64,000 nt of DNA from Candidatus Dojkabacteria bacterium (GTDB lineage Bacteria > Patescibacteriota > Dojkabacteria > JAHIVN01), in NCBI GenBank assembly GCA_016932045.1, contig JAFGDO010000002.1:66553-130552 (forward strand), written 5' to 3'. Of this stretch, positions 49,948 through 58,533 are shown in pieces. The translations under genes and the position numbers were made by a program. The notes beneath the pieces were generated by a model that saw only the letters and a list, made by a program, of their open reading frames with translations, was not told where the DNA came from and did no database searches. The number at the start of each line of letters is the position of its first letter. Positions within the stretch are counted from its first letter, which is position 1.

Positions 49948-50808
49948 GTGACCATGAGTGATATTAATAGATTGGAGAAATTGCTTAAAGGAAAAGATCC
50001 AGTGGTTTGTATGTTAGCACCATCATTTATTGCAGATTTTGACTATCCTGAAATTGTTTGGCAGTTGAAAAAGCTTGGATTTGATAAAGTTGTTGAGTTA
50101 ACGTTTGGAGCAAAGATGACAAACATTTTCTCACATAAATATATAAAAAGTGATAAATCAAAAACATGGATTGCATCTCCATGCCCAACTTTAGTCCAGT
50201 TAATTCGAACTAAGTTTCCACATCTAAAGGAGAATTTACTTCCAGTTCATTCTCCGATGGGGTGTATGAGTTTGATTTGCAAAAAATTCTTCCCCAGACA
50301 CAAATATGTTTTTGTCGGTCCGTGCTTAACCAAGAAAGTGGAAGCTTTAGAATTGCCTTATGTTGAACTGGCTCTAACATTTAGGGAACTCGAAGAAAAG
50401 TTGAGGAAGGAAGGCATTGATAAAGTCAGAAAGAGAAAGCTTACTTTTGATAAATTTTATAACGACTATACTAAAATATTCCCTCTAGCAGGCGGTATGG
50501 CAGATACTTTGCATTCTGCAAGGATCATAAAAGATTCTGAAATTTTGGTTTCTGATGGTGTTGATGAAGTTATGAAAATTCTTAAAGGCTTTAAAAATGG
50601 GAAGTATAAGAAGTATCGATTCTTAGATGTTTTAGCATGCAGTGGAGGTTGTATCGGAGGTCCAGGAATGACGACAACAAGGTCAGTGGATGAGAAAAGG
50701 GAAAGAGTGATCAAATACCGTGATTTTGCAAGAAATTGTGAGAAGGATTTAGGCAGGAGGGGAAAAATTGTTCATGTGGAGGAGATTGATTTTACGAGGA
50801 AGTTTTGA
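49948..50808 (+). CDS. [FeFe]-hydrogenase large-subunit C-terminal (H-cluster) domain-only protein
   Basis: L1-like ASPCPTL, L2 FVGPCLTKKVE and L3 LDVLACSGGCIGGPG. The N-terminal PSFIADFDYPE...KLGFDKVVELTFGAKMT matches the start of the H-domain. There are no ferredoxin-like domains. Confidence 0.6.
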   Translation: MTMSDINRLEKLLKGKDPVVCMLAPSFIADFDYPEIVWQLKKLGFDKVVELTFGAKMTNIFSHKYIKSDKSKTWIASPCPTLVQLIRTKFPHLKENLLPVHSPMGCMSLICKKFFPRHKYVFVGPCLTKKVEALELPYVELALTFRELEEKLRKEGIDKVRKRKLTFDKFYNDYTKIFPLAGGMADTLHSARIIKDSEILVSDGVDEVMKILKGFKNGKYKKYRFLDVLACSGGCIGGPGMTTTRSVDEKRERVIKYRDFARNCEKDLGRRGKIVHVEEIDFTRKF

Positions 50809-50812
50809 TCAA

Positions 50813-50846
50813 TCAGTAACGGAAAGGCAAGCCTTTCCGTTACTGA
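50813..50846. terminator. Bidirectional terminator hairpin between convergent genes
   Basis: 14-bp perfect stem cagtaacggaaagg/cctttccgttactg with loop caag. Confidence 0.55.
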
Positions 50847-50860
50847 TATGATAGGCGATT

Positions 50861-51118
50861 TTATCTTTCCTTTTGAGGTCGTGCTTCGTTTACTGTCAAG
50901 TTTCTTCCATCAAGTTCTTTACCATTGAGTTCTTCAATTGCCTTCTTTGCGTCTTCTTCTTTTTCCATTGTGACGAATCCGAATCCCTTTGATCTACCAC
51001 TAAACTTATCTTTGATGATTACAACTTCAGTTACTTTTCCGACCTGTTCGAAGAGTTCCTTCAAACCTTCTTCTGTAGTATCCCACGAGATACCACCAAC
51101 AAATAATTTGTTCGACAT
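50861..51118 (-). CDS. RRM-type RNA-binding protein
   Basis: RNP-2 LFVGGI and RNP-1 KGFGFVTM. Confidence 0.85.
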   Translation of the reverse strand: MSNKLFVGGISWDTTEEGLKELFEQVGKVTEVVIIKDKFSGRSKGFGFVTMEKEEDAKKAIEELNGKELDGRNLTVNEARPQKER

Positions 51119-51404
51119 CTTGAAATGTACTTAAAAAATAAAGACTACTAAGCAATATGCTTTGTAGTATAAGTGCTACCTGGAAATAAAACGCACGTGG
51201 TTAATTTATAACACGAGGATTTATCCAATCAAGTTATAAATGAACCTCCTTTCAAATACAAATATAAAAACCCAGAGACTTGCGTCTTGGGGCTTAAGAA
51301 ACTTGACTTGAGCACACGAATAAATTATATCATGTAAATTATAAAAGTAAAGACTTTGCCAGAGGTTTGATTTACTTTGTTAGGTATAGTAGGTATCTTG
51401 GGAC

Positions 51405-51426
51405 AAGGGGTTTAAACCCCTTGTCC
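51405..51426. repeat. 22-bp perfect palindrome acaaggggtttaaaccccttgt, copy 2
   Basis: Identical to 26302..26323. Flanked by gg...cc, which extends the stem. Confidence 0.7.
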
Positions 51427-51435
51427 TTTTGTAGC

Positions 51436-52356
51436 TTACTTTTTCTCAACACTTACGAAGAATTGATTGACGAATTCTGAACATTTGTCAAAGTCAACTT
51501 TGTCTTCCAATGAGCAATTTACCATTAATTCATGAGGATTATCACCTCCCTCTTCATCATAAGCAAGAAAATCGAATTCCGTCATTACAAATCCATAACT
51601 TGTAAAGGTGTCTCCTTCCTTTTTACCAACAATGAAAAGGGTATGTGGATCTTCTCCAATAGCTGAGAATTTCTCTAAGATACCCAACAAGGTGATATCG
51701 TATTCTTCTAAGTCATACATTAAAGGCTTGTTTTTTAGTTTAATTGTTTTTGGACCTCCTTCTGTTTCTCCTACATCATATTCTACTGAAAGTTCCAAAG
51801 GTTTTGAAAAGTCATATATATATTCGTCAGCGCCATGTCCTGCAGGGATTGTGATCATTAAAGACATGTCACTGTTCTCAATACTAATTTGTTGGACTCC
51901 TTGTAGGTCAGAACCAATATAGCTTATAGGATCTTTATCATCTTTTGTCTCAACGGTCCATCCTTTTGGATATTGAAATTTAATATACTCATCTTCATAC
52001 CAAACATATTCAAAGAATTCCTTTTTTTCAGGTGTTTGTTCCTTTTCCGGCAACTTCTCATCCTTTTTTTCATCAGCGATTGGTGGTTCTTTCTTTTCTT
52101 CTTTCCCGCAATTAAGCTTTTCCCAAACATATGAGTCTTCGAGTACTGTCGAGCATACATAATCTTCCAGCCAGCCTCCTGCCCAAAGGATTCCAATTGT
52201 TCCTAGACATACACAGAGTGTTCCAAGTATAAGAATCAGAATACATGCCCAAAGTTTGAGCTTGGATCCTCGTCTTGTTTTTGGTCGTACAACACTGGTA
52301 TCTTCCTTTACAGCTTGCTCTTTGGGAACTGCTTTAAAACCACTATTATCTGCCAT
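51436..52356 (-). CDS. Hypothetical membrane-anchored secreted protein
   Basis: N-terminal TM and a K/E-rich linker. Confidence 0.3.
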   Translation of the reverse strand: MADNSGFKAVPKEQAVKEDTSVVRPKTRRGSKLKLWACILILILGTLCVCLGTIGILWAGGWLEDYVCSTVLEDSYVWEKLNCGKEEKKEPPIADEKKDEKLPEKEQTPEKKEFFEYVWYEDEYIKFQYPKGWTVETKDDKDPISYIGSDLQGVQQISIENSDMSLMITIPAGHGADEYIYDFSKPLELSVEYDVGETEGGPKTIKLKNKPLMYDLEEYDITLLGILEKFSAIGEDPHTLFIVGKKEGDTFTSYGFVMTEFDFLAYDEEGGDNPHELMVNCSLEDKVDFDKCSEFVNQFFVSVEKK

Positions 52357-52420
52357 GATGTTTATATTAAAAAGTTATGTATATCCATTTAACATTAAAT
52401 TTTCTCGTTTGTAACACTTT

Positions 52421-53092
52421 TTAAGATAAAGCTTCAACTATCTTTTCTCCGAATGAAGTGGCTGACTCGGGCCCACTTCCGGTAATTATTAGACCATCTT
52501 GAGTCACAGGATCAGCAGTATAATTTGCTCCCTTACTTGTCAGATTATCTTCATAACCAGGAAAGCATGTTGCATCTTTGCCTTCAAGAAGTCCAGCATT
52601 TGCAAGTATTGTTGGAGCACTGCATATTGCAGCTGTTATTTTACCGTTATTATAGAATTCTTTAGAAAGATTTTGTGCATCCTTGTCATCAAAAAATTCA
52701 TGTGCTCCAGATCCACCAATAAAGACTATTGCGTCGAAATCTTCAACATTAACCTCTGTAATATCAAGATCTACCTGCGCTACTCCTCCATTCATTCCTT
52801 TTGCAGTTGTAACTCCTTTGGAAGCGATAGTTACGTTATAATTCTCTGCTTCTAAGGCATCTCTTACTCTAGTGAATTCTTCGTCATTATAATCATTTGC
52901 TCCTAAGACTAACACTATATTATTTGTTCTTTCGGATTTAGCAACTTGATCGGAGTCTTCTGTTGTTTCATCTGACACATCCTTTTCTGAATTTTGATGT
53001 TCCTCCAGTTCCTGTTGATAAAGAAAGTAACCAATTACTCCGATGGCTACAAGGAGGATGAAAGAAATTATGAAGGGTGCATTCTTTTTCAT
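52421..53092 (-). CDS. DJ-1/PfpI-family protein with an N-terminal signal/TM anchor
   Basis: IVFIGGSGAHEF...AAICSAPTILA with nucleophile Cys. Confidence 0.7.
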   Translation of the reverse strand: MKKNAPFIISFILLVAIGVIGYFLYQQELEEHQNSEKDVSDETTEDSDQVAKSERTNNIVLVLGANDYNDEEFTRVRDALEAENYNVTIASKGVTTAKGMNGGVAQVDLDITEVNVEDFDAIVFIGGSGAHEFFDDKDAQNLSKEFYNNGKITAAICSAPTILANAGLLEGKDATCFPGYEDNLTSKGANYTADPVTQDGLIITGSGPESATSFGEKIVEALS

Positions 53093-53130
53093 ATACTCTT
53101 AATCTAAAGAATAAAGTATTTTTTATATTC

Positions 53131-53655
53131 CTATGATGAAATTTCTGTTTCAAGTATTTCTACTATTTTATTGCCAAAGTCTTTTGCTGAAGCCGGTCCG
53201 TCAGCTGTAACTATTTTGCCATCTACTGTAACACTTTCACCTGTATAGTTTGCTCCCTTATCTTCTAAGTTATCTTCTTCGGAGGCAAATGCTGTTACAT
53301 TTTTACCTTTTAAAACACCTGCATTGGCGACTATTGAAGGGGCGATACATATAGCTCCGAGAACCTTCTCATTTGTTACAGCGTCTCTTGCAATTGTTTG
53401 AGCAAAATCATCATCAAAATAAATACTTGAGCCTGGTCCTCCGACAAAAATTATTGCATCATAGTTGTCGACTTCTACTTCTGTTATATCAAGATTCACT
53501 TCAGTCTTTCCGCCTTGTATTCCCATTGCTTCTTCGATTCCTCTAGAAGCAACAGAAACCTCATATCCATTCATTTCAAAAATTTCTCTTGGATGATCAA
53601 ATTCTTCGTCCCTATAATTTCGGGGGGCTACTATCATCAATACTTTCTTGCTCAT
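53131..53655 (-). CDS. DJ-1/PfpI-family protein (cytoplasmic paralogue)
   Basis: IIFVGGPGSSIYF...GAICIAPSIVA. Confidence 0.7.
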   Translation of the reverse strand: MSKKVLMIVAPRNYRDEEFDHPREIFEMNGYEVSVASRGIEEAMGIQGGKTEVNLDITEVEVDNYDAIIFVGGPGSSIYFDDDFAQTIARDAVTNEKVLGAICIAPSIVANAGVLKGKNVTAFASEEDNLEDKGANYTGESVTVDGKIVTADGPASAKDFGNKIVEILETEISS

Positions 53656-53783
53656 CTTTAAAGACGTTAAAAAATAATTGCAATATTTATTATTAAGATA
53701 AATAAATTGTAATATAATTGCAAGTAGATGGGAAATGGTCAGATAGTTGAAGACATTATTAATTTTTAATTCATAATTCAGCT

Positions 53784-54797
53784 TTGAAGATTCAAGACAT
53801 CTTAAAAAGTGAATATGGCTTGGAACAATGCAAATTAAAAAGGCTTAAGGGTGGCTTTAGGAATATTTGTTTCAAGGTCTCATCGCAAAAGGGTGATTTT
53901 GTTTTAATTGTTTATAAGGATGAGCCGGAGATAAAAAAAACTATTATAAACGCCCATCTAGTCGCTAAATTACTTCAAGAGAAAGAATTTCCTACCCGCA
54001 TTCCATTGACTACCAAAGGCGGACATGAATATAAACGCTTTAAATTTGGCAACTGCTATCACTACGTTGCTTTGTACAAGCTACTCGAGGGCAGTACTAT
54101 TCCATGGGAAGCCTATACGAGGAGGCATCTTAAGTCGATGGGCAAGACATTTTCCGATATGCACTATGCACTAAAGAAGATTTATAACTCACATCTCATA
54201 ACTCATAACTTAAGTAATTGGGCAGATATAACACAACGAGAGATAACTGCGATGGAAGAATATTTTAAAGGGGTTGAGCCGTGGACAAGTAAAAAATTGA
54301 AGGTACGATTAAACTGGGAAAGGATTAAGAGAGTATTTGAAACCATTACCAAGCGAGAGGCGACAAGTGAAAAGCGAGAAAGCATTCTTCATTATGACTT
54401 CGTACGTGGAAACATCTTGTTTTCAGAAGAATTTGATTCGAGTTTAGATATATATCCGATAACTGGGATTCTTGATTTCGAAAAAACATGCATAGGACCA
54501 GAAATAGCTGATATTGCAAGGACACTAGCATTCCTTATAATTGACTGTAAGTATAAAAGTGAGGAGACTATAAGGAAGCGCTTCTTGATAAGTGGCTATG
54601 AACGGCGAGGCAGAAACAAATTGCCATTTGCCAATCTTTCTGACCCGCTTCTTGAAAACTTAATGGCATTTTTTTGGCTTAGAGATTTCTGGAAGTTTCT
54701 TGTTCATAACCCTTATGAGTATCTTTATATGAATGAGCACTATATCCGAACTAAAGATCGTTTGGTAAAGGCAGAGCTAATAACTTATAACTTATAA
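53784..54797 (+). CDS. Aminoglycoside/homoserine-kinase-type phosphotransferase-family protein
   Basis: HYDFVRGN (Brenner HxDxxxxN) and ILDFEKTCIG (DxE). TTG start. Confidence 0.55.
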   Translation: MKIQDILKSEYGLEQCKLKRLKGGFRNICFKVSSQKGDFVLIVYKDEPEIKKTIINAHLVAKLLQEKEFPTRIPLTTKGGHEYKRFKFGNCYHYVALYKLLEGSTIPWEAYTRRHLKSMGKTFSDMHYALKKIYNSHLITHNLSNWADITQREITAMEEYFKGVEPWTSKKLKVRLNWERIKRVFETITKREATSEKRESILHYDFVRGNILFSEEFDSSLDIYPITGILDFEKTCIGPEIADIARTLAFLIIDCKYKSEETIRKRFLISGYERRGRNKLPFANLSDPLLENLMAFFWLRDFWKFLVHNPYEYLYMNEHYIRTKDRLVKAELITYNL

Positions 54798-55006
54798 CTT
54801 ATATCTCCTATCTAGTGTCTTTATGCTTATAGCTAGGAGCATATCCTTCGAATACGCTCAGGACAGCTAAGCTTGGAGGCTAAAAGTTAATAGCGAGGAG
54901 GTTGGATGGTTGTACAGATGATATTTAACAGGTATTGAGGTAAGTGACGTTGGTTACCTAGAAACGTTATTAAAAGTAGAGGCCTAATTTAATATAAATA
55001 TACAAT

Positions 55007-55195
55007 ATGTTTAGAGAAGAATTCTCTTATACTCGAGAAGTGCGAAGAGAGTTCGAAACTCAAGGGACATTTTGTCCTAGGTGTGGGAGTCACGTGGAGT
55101 TTCGGTTGGTTGAAGATCTGGAAGTACTGATGTGCGTAGGTTGTGGGTTTTGTTTTGAATATACCCCTAGGCAGATGGCATTAAACGAGGCTTGA
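55007..55195 (+). CDS. Small zinc-ribbon protein (paralogue of 58254..58433)
   Basis: FCPRCGSHVEF...CVGCGFCFEY. Confidence 0.4.
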   Translation: MFREEFSYTREVRREFETQGTFCPRCGSHVEFRLVEDLEVLMCVGCGFCFEYTPRQMALNEA

Positions 55196-55201
55196 TTCCT
55201 C

Positions 55202-56389
55202 TTAGTTTAAGGAATAACCTCTCCCGCGGTAATTCTTTATCTCAAGACCTATTTCCTTTACTTTCCTCCTTAAATTCGACAGTGTTTTGTAAATTGACCA
55301 TAAAGAGTATTTTTTCTCTTCCTCTTTCCCCCATAACTCTCTTGAAATGTCATCTAATGTTACTATTCGGTCAGGATTAGATGTGAAAAGTTTATAAAGT
55401 CTATATTCCTGCATAGTGAAGATTTTTTTAAGATTCGGCCTTGATTTTTCAGTTTTAGTTACTAGTGGCTCTAGAATCTTGATTTTAAACTGATTATTCT
55501 TATCAATAATATAGAGTTTTTTTAAAAATTCATTCCTTGAATAGTTCAGTTGTCCATTTTTTATAAGTTTGTAAGTCTGCAGTTTGTCATATATATCTTT
55601 CACTTTATATTCCAGTACTTGGAATTTGAGAAGTTTATCGACGTTGTTAAGTTTTTTGTACTCATGTATGTACTTTATAAGATACTTTGCTATCCCTATA
55701 TTTCCTCCACTTAAGGAGAATATTTCCCTAGTAAACTTTAAAGGTACGTTCCAATTAAATAATTTTTTGTAATTTTTTATAGAAAGTTCTATTTCTTTTT
55801 CATTTAGAGACGGAAGTATTATCTGATTTGCAGAAGCAAGTGTACCTGCCCTTTTATAACTTTGAGGATGGGTCAAACAGCTTATGTCACAACTTATAAG
55901 AAAGCGCACTTTTAAAGAATTGATTGATCTGAGTGAATTAAGAAAGTCAAAGTTCTGAGGGTTTAGGCGTAAATTCTGAAATCTATTTAAAATTACTATT
56001 ATTTCTTTCCCCCTTTTTATTATTTCACTAAACAATTCTTCACTGCTTAAGCTTTCAAGGTATATCGGCGAATTAAGTTTGAATCTTAATTTGCTAGCTA
56101 TTGACTTTGCTAATTGTCCTGGCTTAATGCCTTTCTGTATTATATCTAAAGAAATTATTACAACTTTTTCTTTTTTCGTTATTGAAGGATAAACGTCTTC
56201 AACATATTTCAGAAATGTTGTTAAGCCTGAGTGAGGTAGGCCTGTAATGAGGACCGTTTCATAGTTTAGTCTTTGACAGGTATTTTGTAGGAATTTGTCC
56301 CATCTCCCTCCCGGGAAGAAATACTTATACATATTTTGATGATACTTATGGTAATGTGAATTATACAATAATTGTAGCGAATATCCCAT
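55202..56389 (-). CDS. Degenerate P-loop ATPase-like N-terminal domain with a C-terminal OmpR/PhoB-type winged-helix DNA-binding domain
   Basis: VLITGLPHSGLTTF is Walker-A-like with Lys replaced by Leu. The C-terminus LDDISRELWGKEEEKKYSLWSIYKTLSNLRRKVKE...YRGRGYSL resembles trans_reg_C. Confidence 0.5.
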   Translation of the reverse strand: MGYSLQLLYNSHYHKYHQNMYKYFFPGGRWDKFLQNTCQRLNYETVLITGLPHSGLTTFLKYVEDVYPSITKKEKVVIISLDIIQKGIKPGQLAKSIASKLRFKLNSPIYLESLSSEELFSEIIKRGKEIIVILNRFQNLRLNPQNFDFLNSLRSINSLKVRFLISCDISCLTHPQSYKRAGTLASANQIILPSLNEKEIELSIKNYKKLFNWNVPLKFTREIFSLSGGNIGIAKYLIKYIHEYKKLNNVDKLLKFQVLEYKVKDIYDKLQTYKLIKNGQLNYSRNEFLKKLYIIDKNNQFKIKILEPLVTKTEKSRPNLKKIFTMQEYRLYKLFTSNPDRIVTLDDISRELWGKEEEKKYSLWSIYKTLSNLRRKVKEIGLEIKNYRGRGYSLN

Positions 56390-56460
56390 AATTGTTTAAA
56401 GTGATGTAATAATCTGATAAAATACATCTTAACTGCCGGTTTTAGTTAAACTGGACAAAC

Positions 56461-58170
56461 ATGGAACAGACGGTTCAAATACATCCCAGTGTTTTCAATC
56501 ATGAGGTTGCATTTTGTGAAAGCGGATTGGGTAAAATTCATGTGGAACTTAAGGATGGATTTGGCGAAAGAGTTGTAACACTACGTCAGGCAGATGAGTT
56601 TAGATACGCTGATGGTTGGGGTGTTAGAATTATTGACTCCTTAAGGAAAGTCATTGGTGGAGAAGCGCCAATAACTTGTTGTAATAGGAAAACTCTAGAA
56701 TTCTATCATCAAATATTATCACTTTCAGAGGCTGGAAAGCTTACAAAACGAAGTTATATAGATGTGCTGAGTATTTTTACGCCGGCAATGATAGATCTGG
56801 AAGCTTTCCAAGGAGATTGGCTTGCGGTGAATCTGGTTAGGTCACTTGTTTTTGCATCAGGTATAAATTATGCAAGAGAAACCATATTTGAAGAGATACG
56901 TGTTCAGGCTTCAAGTGACGCGGAGTTTAGAAAGCGCATTGGTCAGTTTCTTGACGTTCAAATATTTGAGGCCCGACTTATATTTGAGGAAGGCCACCCA
57001 TTATTAATGCAGTCTGATTTATCTACTATAGAAGAACTTTCTTATGCTATTCCATGGATCTATTCCTGGCAGTTTTATGATAATGCAAGGCTAGGTTCAG
57101 AAGAAAATTGTCAGAATGGGACGGAAAGAAACTTTTGGCGACAACTTGATGAGAGAATGGTTAAAACGTTAAAGCAATGGAGAACGGCTTTTTTTGAAAC
57201 CGAACAAGCTGTTGGTATACGACACGGTACGTTTCCGATTGAAAGAGTGGTAGGTATCCCTGGAGTCGGTAAAACCGAAACAACGAGGAGTTTGATTAAT
57301 GCAGAAGGTGATGGTTCGGTTGTGATGTACCTTGAAGGTGGCAACTATATAAGGCCCAATTGGCCTCAAAGATCAAGTCATCTATTCCAGCTTGAATTAC
57401 TAGAATTAGAAATGGAAAAAAAAGGAGCTGATATGGAAAGACTGAGATATTTACATAGAGAACATGAAAAAGCTTACTATCTATATAGAGACATTGCAAA
57501 TCAGGAGTTACATCTTGATTGGATCGAGTCATTTTTATTAAGGGCATCCGATGGTACACCTTGTCGATTTTTTATAGAATCAATGCCATTCTTGCCGCTT
57601 GTTGCCGAACTAGGATGCTTTGATGTGCACCCGAGAATTGCTGATTTACCAGTAATGAGTGAGTGGGGAACTTCTCCTTGGATTAATCCATATGAATTTT
57701 ATCCTCTTGGAGATGAAGAATTGGCATTAAAAGAGCCTCTAAGTATTGGTACATCTATAAGGTATGCGTTAGTTAGCTCACTAAAGGTACATGCAGTTTT
57801 TCGATACATGTATGGTCCAACCGTTTTAATTGATGCGCCTCTTGATGTATGCAAAGAGCGAATAGAAAAATCCACACAAGGTAGAGAGCAGCGGGTCCGC
57901 CTGAAGGATTTAGACTATTGGCTTTCATGGAGATTTATCTATCTTACTCTAGCAGACACTTTTCCTAGTATTGGGGTTGTACATTCTGCAGTGATAGATG
58001 AAAGTAGGGAAAGGGGATACAGAATGTTGAGTGCGTCTCAAGTGGCAGTCCTTTCTGCTTCTGTATTGACTTTGCTAAAGTTAAGAATGATTTCAAGTGA
58101 TGCTGAAATACCGGATGTCGAAATTCTTCACCAACTGATAAGGCTTAAGGAACGGGTGATGCGTCTTTAG
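56461..58170 (+). CDS. Uncharacterised 569-aa protein with a central Walker A P-loop
   Basis: ERVVGIPGVGKTETTRSL matches GxxGxGKT. No other family recognised. GC content is above the local background. Confidence 0.4.
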   Translation: MEQTVQIHPSVFNHEVAFCESGLGKIHVELKDGFGERVVTLRQADEFRYADGWGVRIIDSLRKVIGGEAPITCCNRKTLEFYHQILSLSEAGKLTKRSYIDVLSIFTPAMIDLEAFQGDWLAVNLVRSLVFASGINYARETIFEEIRVQASSDAEFRKRIGQFLDVQIFEARLIFEEGHPLLMQSDLSTIEELSYAIPWIYSWQFYDNARLGSEENCQNGTERNFWRQLDERMVKTLKQWRTAFFETEQAVGIRHGTFPIERVVGIPGVGKTETTRSLINAEGDGSVVMYLEGGNYIRPNWPQRSSHLFQLELLELEMEKKGADMERLRYLHREHEKAYYLYRDIANQELHLDWIESFLLRASDGTPCRFFIESMPFLPLVAELGCFDVHPRIADLPVMSEWGTSPWINPYEFYPLGDEELALKEPLSIGTSIRYALVSSLKVHAVFRYMYGPTVLIDAPLDVCKERIEKSTQGREQRVRLKDLDYWLSWRFIYLTLADTFPSIGVVHSAVIDESRERGYRMLSASQVAVLSASVLTLLKLRMISSDAEIPDVEILHQLIRLKERVMRL

Positions 58171-58253
58171 CTTTATCCAATACATTTCCAAAAACCTTCC
58201 AATAAAACTCAAGCAACCATACTATTTTTATTATAAAAAAATAGGAGGTATAT

Positions 58254-58433
58254 ATGCAAATTAGTAATATAACCAAAAAAACTAGGTCCAGGAAGGTGAT
58301 TGATGTATATGGTGGTCTGTGTCCGGAATGCGCTTCAAAATTGGTTTTTGCAGAATCTAGTTTTTACTGCCCCAGCTGCGGATTTTGTGAAACAGATTTC
58401 GTGATGGAGCAGGAGAAGTTATTAGGCCTCTAG
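58254..58433 (+). CDS. Small zinc-ribbon protein, 59 aa (not in the ORF track)
   Basis: AGGAGG RBS 5 nt upstream. Sequence MQISNITKKTRSRKVIDVYGGLCPECASKLVFAESSFYCPSCGFCETDFVMEQEKLLGL. Shares the CP.C...F / C..CGFC.E pattern with ORF 55007..55195. Confidence 0.45.
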   Translation: MQISNITKKTRSRKVIDVYGGLCPECASKLVFAESSFYCPSCGFCETDFVMEQEKLLGL

Positions 58434-58533
58434 ACTAAGAAATAGAGAGTAGAAGCATATGCTATTGATTTTTAATTAATAGCATAGCTAAATGGCAAGG
58501 TAGTTATTTAACTATCTAGTTATCTTTTTTCTC

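Noticed and set aside
54775-54798. aacttat x3 tandem repeat at the 3' end of gene 53784..54797
   Set aside because: Three copies of a 7-mer inside an AT-rich coding end. Too short to be meaningful.
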